NCBI GenBank assembly: GCA_965229445.1
Contig: OZ245876.1
Coordinates: forward strand, 2,128,099-2,192,098
Direction of reading: 5' to 3'
Length of the DNA: 64,000 bases
DNA from: Owenweeksia sp.
GTDB taxonomy: Bacteria; Bacteroidota; Bacteroidia; Flavobacteriales; Schleiferiaceae
The notes below the pieces were generated by a model that saw only the letters and a program-made list of their open reading frames with translations, was not told the origin of the DNA and searched no databases. A program made the translations under genes and the position numbers. Below, piece after piece: positions 29,672 through 38,546 of this stretch (position 1 is its first letter; each line of letters starts with the position of its first letter).

Positions 29672-31039
29672 ATGTCTGATTCATTCGACCTTTTAGACCA
29701 ACTAGGTGACTCCAAAAAAGTAGAGAACCTCAAAGCCAAGATTGAAAAACAAAAATCTGCAGACATCGTGTCAAAACTCGATCAGATTGAATCGGATATT
29801 GACAAGGCGGTCGCAGATCAACGGGACCCAGAGGAGATTGTATCTGGAATAATAGAGTCGAACTTTGAATCATTGAATGGTGACGTTACTCAGACAGAGC
29901 AAGATCTTCAGGAGCTTATGTTACACCTGCGTGGCATGCTCGATTCTTGTGGTGGCGAATTCTCAAAGCTTCAAGAGCTAAATGCTGAAGAATTAGGGTG
30001 GATTGAGCAAGCCAAAAGAGCCTTGGCCAATGCGGAATCCGATCTTACTAATGCACGGGGAATGAGCAATGCCTGGAACATACTGTTTGGGTATAAAAAT
30101 AGCCAGGTTGCTAAAAGAGAAAAAGGTTTACTTGATAGTCAGGCCAACCTTAAACATACTGAAGCGCGTGCCAATAAAAGCTATCGCGACAGATTGAAAA
30201 ACGCTGATATTGGCGAGTCATTAAACCGAGTCATTAGTCAGGTGCAGGGTATGGTTGGCATCATCGAGGATATGATTTTGGACGTTGAAAAGCAGATTGA
30301 CGCCTTGAAAAACAGAAAGGAGTTGGCCTTTGAAACTAAAGAGAAGGCTGCTACGGTGATGCGAGATAAGAAGAAGGAACTCGAAGAAATTGAAGCCCAA
30401 TTGAAGAGTGCGGAAAATGAGTTGATTGAACTCCCCAACAACAGTCCAGAATATACTGAGCAAGAGAAGAAAATTGCGGACCTTAGAGAGAAACGGGCTG
30501 GTGCTAAAGGCAATTACAATATTGCTTTGGGAATCTTTCAAAGTAAGGAGCGTTTTGTGGATCAAATCGTTATTCATCTCGAAGCACAAACTACTACCAA
30601 GAACAACTTAAAACAACTCATCGGTCAACTTAAGAGTGATACGGAAGAGCGCGTCACTACTTATGAATCCGGACTTCAACTAATTCAAACGGCAACGGCT
30701 CAGGAAGCGGCTTCCCTCTATGAGGAGGCTGGGGTTAAAACAGATCAGAAAATCACTGAAATAGCTGCCAAAGTTCTCGTAAGCTCGGAGAAAGACCGCG
30801 TAGAACGCGTGAAGAAACACCCTAAAAGAATGACTGAATTGCACCAGGTGTTGGTAGCAATGGCCGAGGCTACTGCCAAGTATAAAGAAGAGGACGCTAA
30901 ACTAATGGAGGCGCACAGCAAGAAGTTCGGAATAGATATCCGAGAAACCTTCTCACATAGTCATGAAAATTCAGCAGATGAACCTCCTGTCACAGAGGAA
31001 AAAAACAAGGATTCCTCGGTAAATGATCTGATGGATTAA
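29672..31039 (+). CDS. Long coiled-coil protein (operon gene 1), family unknown
   Basis: 455 aa, E/K/Q-rich with heptad-like helical sequence throughout. No TM helix or signal peptide. Acidic C-terminal tail. Confidence 0.6.
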   Translation: MSDSFDLLDQLGDSKKVENLKAKIEKQKSADIVSKLDQIESDIDKAVADQRDPEEIVSGIIESNFESLNGDVTQTEQDLQELMLHLRGMLDSCGGEFSKLQELNAEELGWIEQAKRALANAESDLTNARGMSNAWNILFGYKNSQVAKREKGLLDSQANLKHTEARANKSYRDRLKNADIGESLNRVISQVQGMVGIIEDMILDVEKQIDALKNRKELAFETKEKAATVMRDKKKELEEIEAQLKSAENELIELPNNSPEYTEQEKKIADLREKRAGAKGNYNIALGIFQSKERFVDQIVIHLEAQTTTKNNLKQLIGQLKSDTEERVTTYESGLQLIQTATAQEAASLYEEAGVKTDQKITEIAAKVLVSSEKDRVERVKKHPKRMTELHQVLVAMAEATAKYKEEDAKLMEAHSKKFGIDIRETFSHSHENSADEPPVTEEKNKDSSVNDLMD

Positions 31040-31056
31040 TCGGCTGATCTAAATCT

Positions 31057-32148
31057 ATGAATACTGCCGATATTTCAGATCATTTCACTCCGCTGGATAG
31101 AAGTGTGCTAGAGGGCAAGAGTGCCTACAATGATTATTTCCGTTATGTGAAATTTGCTCTCGAGCAATTCATCAATTCATTAGATAATTATAAGGGTGAT
31201 GAACCTTATGAGGCGAAGATCATCAAAGATTTTTCCCAAAGGCTGCTGAACTCTATTGAGGTGCTAGCATTAAAGTACGCCTTTAACGATACGCACCCTA
31301 TGTTAATTGATCTTACAGAATCAGGATTCCCCAATCACATGGAATTCAAACGTTTATATAATGACTTGCACCGAAAGGCGGAACAACTCAGAAATGGCCC
31401 TAACTCTGAAACGCTAAAAACACTTATTCTGGATCAAATGATCCGCAGTAAAACAGAGCCTATTCGGCTACTTAAGCAAATAAGTAAACGTACTTATTTT
31501 GAGTTGATAGATGCGACGAAACTATATCTGGAACACAATTCCGGAAAGCTTATTCTATTGTCGAAAGGCAGGAATTTTCATCGAAAATATCTTTATAGCT
31601 GGGCATCATTTGACACCGTTACAAACAGACCTTACATCTATATGTTAGTGTTTGAACATTACCGAGAAAATGTGGCTGCAGAAAAGGCTCTTCACAGTAA
31701 AGATTTTGTAGATAGTATTAAAAGGATAACTCATAATACTGCCCCCCTGAAAGTAATGATATCTGATATAGATGCCTTGAATGATCTAATAAGACCAAAA
31801 ATTCTCAAAAGAGTAGCTATTGGACCCATATATGGTCAGTATTCTCAGGATGAACATCCATTTAGCCAGTTGCTTAAAAAGCAATTCGACTTTCAGGATT
31901 TTATCTTTCGCTATAATGCGGAGGTGATCTTCTCAGTAGGCCAACAGCGAAAGGAAAGCTTTCTCTCTAAGGGCGAATTGAGACAAATCTTCTATATCGA
32001 TGAGTCTAATAAGGAATGTATGGAGAAAATGATTTCCAAGCTACATAAATATAGTATTACCAGTCACCCAGTTTGGCAATATCTGAGCGAATACCATCCG
32101 GAAACCTTAAACGAATTAGCAGTTCCACCCTATATATATCAATATTGA
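31057..32148 (+). CDS. Hypothetical protein (operon gene 2)
   Basis: 363-aa ORF, 17 nt after gene 1 and 4 nt before gene 3. No motif recognised. Confidence 0.55.
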   Translation: MNTADISDHFTPLDRSVLEGKSAYNDYFRYVKFALEQFINSLDNYKGDEPYEAKIIKDFSQRLLNSIEVLALKYAFNDTHPMLIDLTESGFPNHMEFKRLYNDLHRKAEQLRNGPNSETLKTLILDQMIRSKTEPIRLLKQISKRTYFELIDATKLYLEHNSGKLILLSKGRNFHRKYLYSWASFDTVTNRPYIYMLVFEHYRENVAAEKALHSKDFVDSIKRITHNTAPLKVMISDIDALNDLIRPKILKRVAIGPIYGQYSQDEHPFSQLLKKQFDFQDFIFRYNAEVIFSVGQQRKESFLSKGELRQIFYIDESNKECMEKMISKLHKYSITSHPVWQYLSEYHPETLNELAVPPYIYQY

Positions 32149-32152
32149 CTAA

Positions 32153-34114
32153 ATGGAGAAAACAGATTCATCTTTACTGATCATTAAAGAAGAACACCTT
32201 GAAGAATACAAGGAGGAAGTGACCAATTACCTGAAAATGGTGGGTTGGATCACAGATGTTAAGAAAGCAAAAGGTGAAATTGACTTGTCTTTTCTGATTC
32301 ACGCAGGTAAAGCATTGAATATCAATGAAACAGATGAGCTTTCTATCATTCGTAACGCTATTCGCATCAGTAAGGATCGGATAATTCTGAGTAATACTTC
32401 AAATGTTATTCTTAATGCGCTAAAGAAGGGATTTAGTATCGGAAAGTACCTGGCCACACAATATGCACGAAGTTCGGGACTGGAATTACTCCTTCAAAAG
32501 AATAAGGATGGCAGTTTACACCAATCTGAAATGCCAGAATTTCATGATAAATGGCAAACCCAATCCGCCGTACTCTTAATGTCGGCTTCTAATTACGTAC
32601 TATATGCCCTTCGTGACCACAGGGCAGAAGAAACAAGTTCCATAAATATTGATTTTAATGGGATACCAGAGGTCAATCTCAATCGGCCATCCAAAGCACT
32701 GCAGTGCGCTTTGTATTACTATGCTGCCTACCTGGAGCGATCAGGGGTTGTAAATGACGACCTTCATTTTCTCAAGATTACCCACCTATTTTTTGAACGT
32801 TTAACTGAAGAGCTGAAGCTGAGAAGAGATGGCTTTAAGTATGTTGAGTCCTTTACTGACAATCATTATAAACTAGAGAAAACAGATTTTGTGGTTCAAG
32901 GATTTGAAACGGTGTCCACCAGTGTTACTGTGGGGATGAGTTTCAACCATGTGGAGATGGAAGATATTGTTGCCAATAAGGAGGCCAAGCACCTTTTTCA
33001 GCGGTATGCCGAACGATTGATGTGCTATGATATGGAAACACGACGTAACCCCTTGAATGAGCTGGGAGGTCTTCCAAATGTTACTATGGCGGACGGAAAG
33101 CCAGGTACCGGAAAGAGTATGCTCATAGCCGCAACAGCTACCTTGCTAAAGGAGCGTTGTGATATGCTTGGCTATAATTTCTTTTTTTGGCCTTTACCGG
33201 AGAATATCGTTTCTACCTATCAGGGTGGTACAGCCGAAAGAGCTATGGAATGGTTTAAACCCATGCGAGATCCAAGTAAGATCATCTTTGCTCCCATTGA
33301 TGATGCAGAAAACAATCTTGAAGAGCGAACAAGGCGAGGTGTTTCCTCGGGAGTTAGGGAGTTTATTGGTGTGTTTTTGAGAAATACTGAAGGTGCTTAT
33401 GCGGTTAGTTACGGCAACCGATTGATCAGCCTTTTCACAAATATTCCGGATCAAATAGATAAGGCAGTGCTCTCAAGGATTCAAATGCGCGTAAGAATGG
33501 ATGGCGCCGGTACGGACAAAGATTTTATTGATCAGGATTATCTGTGGTGGCGCAAGTATGAAAACCTGGAAGAAGGATTTGTAAATTCACCACCCCCCTC
33601 AGGATATGAGTACATGGCCAGCCAGAAAAGGCCGGATTCACTCAATGATCTTCTCAGCCACAACTATGAGTTCACAAATCAGGATGTAAAGGCCATATTT
33701 GAAGAGACCATGTCAGTTTCCCATACCCATTCGCATGACTTTTTTGGTGATTTCTATTCCGCGATTCAAAGGAAATACCCTTTTTTCTCGTCAAGAGATC
33801 TAAGGAACATTCAGAAAGCAGTTGATGCAAGGGTGATTGATTTTGATCTACCAGAAATATGGTGGGAAAGACCGGAGGATTTTTTTCACAAGGATTATGA
33901 CACCAAGCTTGAAATGCTTAAAGTACTCATGAAGGAAAATCTGAAAGGTTCAAACTTCTCACAACTTAGGCTTTATGAGGCACTTAATTATATTGAGACG
34001 TCGGTTAGAATAAATGAGACTGGCATAAATCGGGAGATCAAGGAGGCTGCCAAACGACTGTATATTCAATCTCAAGCTCGCGAACTGGCAAGTAAAGGTC
34101 AAATCCATGATTAA
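32153..34114 (+). CDS. Divergent classical-clade AAA+ ATPase (operon gene 3)
   Basis: Walker A GKPGTGKS (nt 33095-33118). STYQGGTAERAMEWF parallels SKWVGESEK..R.LF of classical AAA. Walker-B-like IIFAPIDDAE. NIPDQIDKAVLSRIQMRVRM parallels N.P..LD.A..RRF. An N-domain of about 300 aa and a C-extension of about 200 aa flank the core. Confidence 0.8.
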   Translation: MEKTDSSLLIIKEEHLEEYKEEVTNYLKMVGWITDVKKAKGEIDLSFLIHAGKALNINETDELSIIRNAIRISKDRIILSNTSNVILNALKKGFSIGKYLATQYARSSGLELLLQKNKDGSLHQSEMPEFHDKWQTQSAVLLMSASNYVLYALRDHRAEETSSINIDFNGIPEVNLNRPSKALQCALYYYAAYLERSGVVNDDLHFLKITHLFFERLTEELKLRRDGFKYVESFTDNHYKLEKTDFVVQGFETVSTSVTVGMSFNHVEMEDIVANKEAKHLFQRYAERLMCYDMETRRNPLNELGGLPNVTMADGKPGTGKSMLIAATATLLKERCDMLGYNFFFWPLPENIVSTYQGGTAERAMEWFKPMRDPSKIIFAPIDDAENNLEERTRRGVSSGVREFIGVFLRNTEGAYAVSYGNRLISLFTNIPDQIDKAVLSRIQMRVRMDGAGTDKDFIDQDYLWWRKYENLEEGFVNSPPPSGYEYMASQKRPDSLNDLLSHNYEFTNQDVKAIFEETMSVSHTHSHDFFGDFYSAIQRKYPFFSSRDLRNIQKAVDARVIDFDLPEIWWERPEDFFHKDYDTKLEMLKVLMKENLKGSNFSQLRLYEALNYIETSVRINETGINREIKEAAKRLYIQSQARELASKGQIHD

Positions 34115-35378
34115 GCTTACAGAGTCAAAGTTATTTGGCGACCGCCTCTACTATATCAACACACCGTTAATGCAAAAACGCTATAACCGATGTTTGAAAG
34201 ACATAGGAATTACACCCACCAAGCTCAAGAAATTTCATGTGGATGGTTGGGGTTGGAGTCCGGAGATTGCTAAGGAGAAGGAGGACAGATACTATCTATC
34301 TCATGGCCTCGCCAATCCCTTCTCTATTATCATTTCTCCCGAACAAAAAAACCGGCCGGTCTATATGCCGTATCACAGCTTTGATTGGGAAATACACCGA
34401 AGGGTGTTTGAGAATTATGCCTTACAGATTGAGGACATCACATCTTTGAATGGTATTTGGTTTGAGCTGGATCAGAATATAAGTGCATACCGTACTCCCC
34501 AGGATCTTCTCATGATGGAGATCGTTAATGTAAAATTTAATGTAGCGGGTGATTTAGCAAGTGCTGCCTCCGAGCAAAAAGATTTGGTTAACAAATATTT
34601 CCAGGAACCCATGGCCTGGCTAAATCCGGACTTGCGTGAAAACATCATTAAAAGTGCTAAGATGCATGGAGACTTGCGGTATCGCAATCTTGAGTTACCG
34701 AACTTCCCGTTATCCAATATCACATGTTACTACACGCTGGCGTTTAATGGACTATTTATTTTTAAAGGGGTAGAAGGTGGAAAGCCGGTGATCATTTTCG
34801 AGGATAATTCTTCTGAGATCAGTGGGGATTTAGAGCATTTGCATGTTGAGTTTAATCTCAACGATCATAAATTCATTTCATACCTGAATAAATTAAATCT
34901 GTTGGATTCTGAAGTGGGATACTTTAAGGAACACATTGAGTTGTTGGAGCTTCAATTGGAGCATATGGTGGTAGCAGCAGCGATGGAGCTGGATGAAACC
35001 ACCCCGGTTCACGAGTTGACAAAGACTCAGCGCAAGGGACTTATCAGAAAGCTCAATATTGCAGGATTGCTTGATGAAGATTTTTTTGAACTTGAGGTTC
35101 TGGTAAACAAATTAATCAATGGTGATACGGTCGCGTTAAAAACACCGGAAGAACTCCATAAATTCCTGCTGCAACCGCATAAGGATACCAGCGCTGAACA
35201 AAAAACAGTCCTTTGGCATCTTATTTCAAAAATTCAGCAAAATAACCCTGTACTACAATTTGCCTTCGATAAGACGAGATTCTATAGTGATTATCAGACA
35301 TGGAAAGAGCCGATGCAACAATGGGCAATCAATTGTATCTTGAGGAATCGAGGAATATATTCTAAACTGATTAACTAA
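34107..35378 (+). CDS. Hypothetical protein (operon gene 4)
   Basis: 423-aa ORF with an 8-nt overlap with gene 3. Soluble-looking, no recognised motif. Confidence 0.55.
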   Translation: MIKLTESKLFGDRLYYINTPLMQKRYNRCLKDIGITPTKLKKFHVDGWGWSPEIAKEKEDRYYLSHGLANPFSIIISPEQKNRPVYMPYHSFDWEIHRRVFENYALQIEDITSLNGIWFELDQNISAYRTPQDLLMMEIVNVKFNVAGDLASAASEQKDLVNKYFQEPMAWLNPDLRENIIKSAKMHGDLRYRNLELPNFPLSNITCYYTLAFNGLFIFKGVEGGKPVIIFEDNSSEISGDLEHLHVEFNLNDHKFISYLNKLNLLDSEVGYFKEHIELLELQLEHMVVAAAMELDETTPVHELTKTQRKGLIRKLNIAGLLDEDFFELEVLVNKLINGDTVALKTPEELHKFLLQPHKDTSAEQKTVLWHLISKIQQNNPVLQFAFDKTRFYSDYQTWKEPMQQWAINCILRNRGIYSKLIN

Positions 35379-35905
35379 TGGATACACTACTAGCCTTTTT
35401 CATTGGCCTTGGAACCGGGATCATCTATTATTTTGTTGATTACAGGAAGTTGATTGGCAGTTACAAGTCTTGGTATAAACTCACCCACAAGAATGGACTG
35501 CCTAAGGGTGTAGAACAAGGATTTGTTTATGCACAACCCTTCTCTGGTAAGCTATATAGTGCCATATTTCTAGCCATTATTATAACTGGTGTATTGATTC
35601 TAACAGGAAGTGCGAATATTCTTGTCCAAATAATGTATGGACTTTTTATTGCTTTAGGTCTGATGGTGGCATTTTATGTCGCCCCATTGATTTTCCGCCA
35701 TGCACCGGGAAAAATTTCAAAAGTGAAACAACAATTGGATAGGATAGATGAGCTTGAATCAAAGCTTAAGTCTGAAAGGCCTGCTGAACCGACAAAGAGG
35801 ACTGAATCCTTAAATAAAATAGATCAAGAGCCTAAGGAAAAGGGAAATAATCATAAAAAAGATGATGATTGGCGCAAAGGAATAAAGGATTATCTCAATG
35901 AATGA
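35378..35905 (+). CDS. Small membrane protein with charged C-terminal tail (operon gene 5)
   Basis: 175 aa, about 3 hydrophobic helices, then a K/E/D-rich tail. Its ATG overlaps the stop of gene 4 by 1 nt. Confidence 0.55.
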   Translation: MDTLLAFFIGLGTGIIYYFVDYRKLIGSYKSWYKLTHKNGLPKGVEQGFVYAQPFSGKLYSAIFLAIIITGVLILTGSANILVQIMYGLFIALGLMVAFYVAPLIFRHAPGKISKVKQQLDRIDELESKLKSERPAEPTKRTESLNKIDQEPKEKGNNHKKDDDWRKGIKDYLNE

Positions 35906-37493
35906 TCAAATTGATGAAACTGTTGAGGAGAAGAACCGCATATACTGGTTCTTTCATAATATAAAGGCACGCATCGGATCAAGTGTTCGTAGCTGGATAA
36001 AGCGTCGTCCTTTTCTGCTCACATTCATTCTTTTAGTAATTCTTTATGGTTTGTTTAGCGGACGTGGGTCATGGCAACCGCTAGTATTGTACATAAGACA
36101 ATACCTGGCATTAGTGCTGGTTATTGTTTTGGTTTTGATTTTGTTTGCTCTGTTTATTCGAAAGCGAGCCTGGAATCAAGTCATAATTCCGAGTATTCTG
36201 TTTGTTGTTTTCCTGGTGGCCTGTTGGTTCAGAGGGCCTGAGGTCCATAACTACTTTAGTTTATTCATCCATTATTCTAGTATCAACAAGATAGAATTGC
36301 AAGAGATGCCTGTTTCAGGAAACGAGCGAATTCAACCAGTTAATTCTATACGCACTTTAATTAACCAAGAAGCACTAAGTGAGACTGAGGATGCCACTCG
36401 TCCCCAATTTATAAAAGGAGTAGATGGTAAATTTTATTTTACGTCAGCAGTTGGCCCGGCCAGAAACTATATCCTACAGAGACTGAGTAAAAACATGTAT
36501 GAGGTGCTTAGGGTACCCGCTTATCTGCCTTCGCCCGTATTTGATAGCAGACATAGGGCGAAGGTAAATTTCGAAATTGGAGAACAGCTTCTTTTCAGTC
36601 ATAATACTAAAAATGCAGTAATCAAGCGATTTGGATTAAGTGCATTCTTTAACTGTGAACCAGCAACACCTATCTATCTTCAAGACGATACCGGAAAATG
36701 GGTTCAGGTAGTACCAATCATCAAGTGGAAAGGATTTTTGTTTCCCAGACCAGTATTTGGTGGAGTATATGTTATACAACAGTTGAGAGATCGTGATAAT
36801 TTCTTTGCTCGTATTCTATTTGGAAAAGGAGACTTCATTTCGCCTAAGGAGATTGCAGAGCATAACTATTTAACAGGACAAAACCTACAACCGCAAAAGG
36901 CACTAAACTACACTGCTAACAGTTTTAAATTTGCCAATGGATTCCTCGCCCCAATGCCCGGGTACCACGAAGGGGACGTGAGAATCCCTGAGATGCCAAA
37001 AGATCAAAACCCAATGCCATTTATAACCTATTTTACCATTAAGAATAAAGGTAAGCTTTACAACTATTTTGGACTTGAACCTTATCAAGAGGACAAGAAA
37101 GGCTTAAGTCTGAGCTTATTTATTCCGGGTGATAATGATGATACTGTTTACTTCATCAATCACAGAACCGAGAAGTTCATCGGAAGTGGAGCCATTTCAG
37201 CCAAGATCGTAGAGAGTAAAAAGAATTATGATTGGACCGTAAACTATCCGGCGGAGTCCAGACCATTTGTAAGAAAAGTAAATGGTCAAGTTCGATTCTT
37301 CTGGCTGAGTACCATTGTTTCTCGAGCTGGTAATGAAGAAGGAGATTACATTGGCGGAAGCATTCCTGAAATTTGCCTTACAGATGCTGTTTATGGAAAG
37401 GTGACCTGGATTCCGCAAGACTCTCTAATAAATTCGGAATCGTGGTTGAGAGAGGCTAGGCGCCAAATGAAAGCTTATTGGGATTCTGAATAA
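35898..37493 (+). CDS. Membrane protein with about 4 N-terminal TM helices and a ~400-aa non-membrane domain (operon gene 6)
   Basis: 531 aa. ATGAATGA overlap with gene 5. Hydrophobic helices span aa ~38-115, and the rest has no recognised family. Confidence 0.55.
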   Translation: MNDQIDETVEEKNRIYWFFHNIKARIGSSVRSWIKRRPFLLTFILLVILYGLFSGRGSWQPLVLYIRQYLALVLVIVLVLILFALFIRKRAWNQVIIPSILFVVFLVACWFRGPEVHNYFSLFIHYSSINKIELQEMPVSGNERIQPVNSIRTLINQEALSETEDATRPQFIKGVDGKFYFTSAVGPARNYILQRLSKNMYEVLRVPAYLPSPVFDSRHRAKVNFEIGEQLLFSHNTKNAVIKRFGLSAFFNCEPATPIYLQDDTGKWVQVVPIIKWKGFLFPRPVFGGVYVIQQLRDRDNFFARILFGKGDFISPKEIAEHNYLTGQNLQPQKALNYTANSFKFANGFLAPMPGYHEGDVRIPEMPKDQNPMPFITYFTIKNKGKLYNYFGLEPYQEDKKGLSLSLFIPGDNDDTVYFINHRTEKFIGSGAISAKIVESKKNYDWTVNYPAESRPFVRKVNGQVRFFWLSTIVSRAGNEEGDYIGGSIPEICLTDAVYGKVTWIPQDSLINSESWLREARRQMKAYWDSE

Positions 37494-37948
37494 AACTTGA
37501 GTATTTTTAAGATTACCATCCTATGCCAGTCCAAATATTGGATTTACCTCACGCTAATGGTGGATCGTGATCCTTGGCTCTTTTCATAGCCAAAAAAAGG
37601 CCTAACACGCTATGAGGATATCCAAATGGATGAATCTGCCCCTACAATAAAGCTTAAACTTTAGATCATTGCAGCCCTGAGGACATTCAGCGCTCAAATG
37701 CCACCATGCACTTTACTATTTACCAAAAAAGAGCACAGAAAATAGGATTCCAAAATAGGAATATCGAGCATAAGTCGGTATTAGCTCGAGCATTGAAAAT
37801 ATCGCCCGGAAAACACAAGATTTCTGATATCTTGATATTCAAAGGGTAACGTTTATTATAATAGGATTAGTTTGATGGCGTTTTACTCTTAACCGGGTGA
37901 ACGCAAGCTGCTTTCTCCCAGTCTCGAGCAAGCTCGACCAGCCTAAAT

Positions 37949-37980
37949 AAAAAAAGCCTCCCCGCCCAAGGCGGAAAGGC
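37949..37980 (-). terminator. Strand-specific rho-independent terminator
   Basis: Minus strand reads GCCUUUCCGCC-uug-GGCGGGGAGGC, 11 bp including two G-U pairs that would be C-A mismatches on the plus strand, followed by U7AUUU. Confidence 0.65.
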
Positions 37981-38253
37981 TTGATTGTCGGGGTGGCCAC
38001 GCCTTAGGCGTGGCAAGTCAGGATTTAAGATCCTGTTAATCCCCTTAGTTGGACACAAACAAAAGCCTTTGGCCATTTACAATGGCGTCAAAAGCTTAGC
38101 ATGCAGTATAAAGTGTAACTACAATTACAAAGGATTACTCGCTCCGCTTGTGATCCTTACTTCCTCCTTCTTACCAATGAAAAGCCTTGCACTCTGCGAG
38201 TGCCTGGTCTTTTTCCATGACTCCTTCACTCAAGCAAGCTTGGCTTGGAGCCA

Positions 38254-38286
38254 TAAAAAAAGCCCCGCAGCATTGCTGCGAGGCTT
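38254..38286 (-). terminator. Rho-independent terminator after tRNA-Pro
   Basis: Minus strand reads GCCUCGCAGCA-aug-CUGCGGGGC followed by U8, about 10 nt after the tRNA 3' end. Confidence 0.7.
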
Positions 38287-38296
38287 TTCATTTACG

Positions 38297-38371
38297 TCGG
38301 GGTGGCAGGATTCGAACCTGCGACCTCCTGCTCCCAAAGCAGGCGCGATGACCGGGCTACGCTACACCCCG
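38297..38371 (-). tRNA. tRNA-Pro (anticodon TGG)
   Basis: Hand-folded cloverleaf: acceptor CGGGGTG/CACCCCG, anticodon arm CCTGC-TTTGGGA-GCAGG, T arm GCAGG-TTCGAAT-CCTGC, discriminator A. No encoded CCA. Confidence 0.93.
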
Positions 38372-38538
38372 TAAATATGTTCCCTTCTCTTTTTTTAGCA
38401 GGTGAGAAGATCCTGCGTGCTTTGCGCTTTATCCTGGCGCTAGTTCCAATTTAGGCTTGCTCTGAGCTTGTCGAAGAGCTACCTGCCACGTTCTACCTGC
38501 GCCTGCCACATTTTACGTGACACCCCGCAAAGGGGCTG

Positions 38539-38546
38539 CAAATATA
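38539..38546 (-). promoter_or_regulatory. -7 box TATATTTG within the shared motif ATTTGCAGCCCC (tRNA-Pro promoter candidate)
   Basis: Minus strand reads TTATTATATTTGCAGCCCC. The same TTTGCAGCCCC core precedes tRNA-Ser. It implies a leader of about 160 nt. Confidence 0.5.

Noticed and set aside
29672-31039. Assigning operon gene 1 to TelA (toxic anion resistance) or PspA/IM30/ESCRT-III families
   Set aside because: The protein is coiled-coil like those families. But I could not find family-specific motifs by eye, for example the TelA QIRLIQ-type segment. Naming it would be unsupported, so the idea is left as a hypothesis to test by HMM or structure.
35898-37493. Similarity of operon gene 6 to UPF0182-type multi-TM proteins
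   Set aside because: There is only a vague resemblance in architecture (N-terminal TM helices plus a large domain). The length is much shorter and no shared motif could be aligned from memory.
37988-38044. Possible tRNA with UUA (ochre-suppressor-like) anticodon on the minus strand
   Set aside because: CAGGA-UCUUAAA-UCCUG could be read as an anticodon arm. However, there is no D arm, no canonical T loop and only a 4-bp acceptor-like pairing, so it is not a functional tRNA by cloverleaf rules. It is kept only as a tRNA-like fragment.
27367-38371. Genomic island integrated at tRNA-Pro carrying the six-gene operon
   Set aside because: The only direct repeat of the tRNA 3' end is a 10-mer, 300 bp from the tRNA. 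There is no integrase, transposase or other mobility gene in the region, and no second att-like repeat near 27 kb was seen by eye. Island status cannot be supported.
37985-38374. 129-aa plus-strand ORF
   Set aside because: It overlaps tRNA-Pro and two minus-strand terminators. Its translation is low-complexity, so it is spurious.
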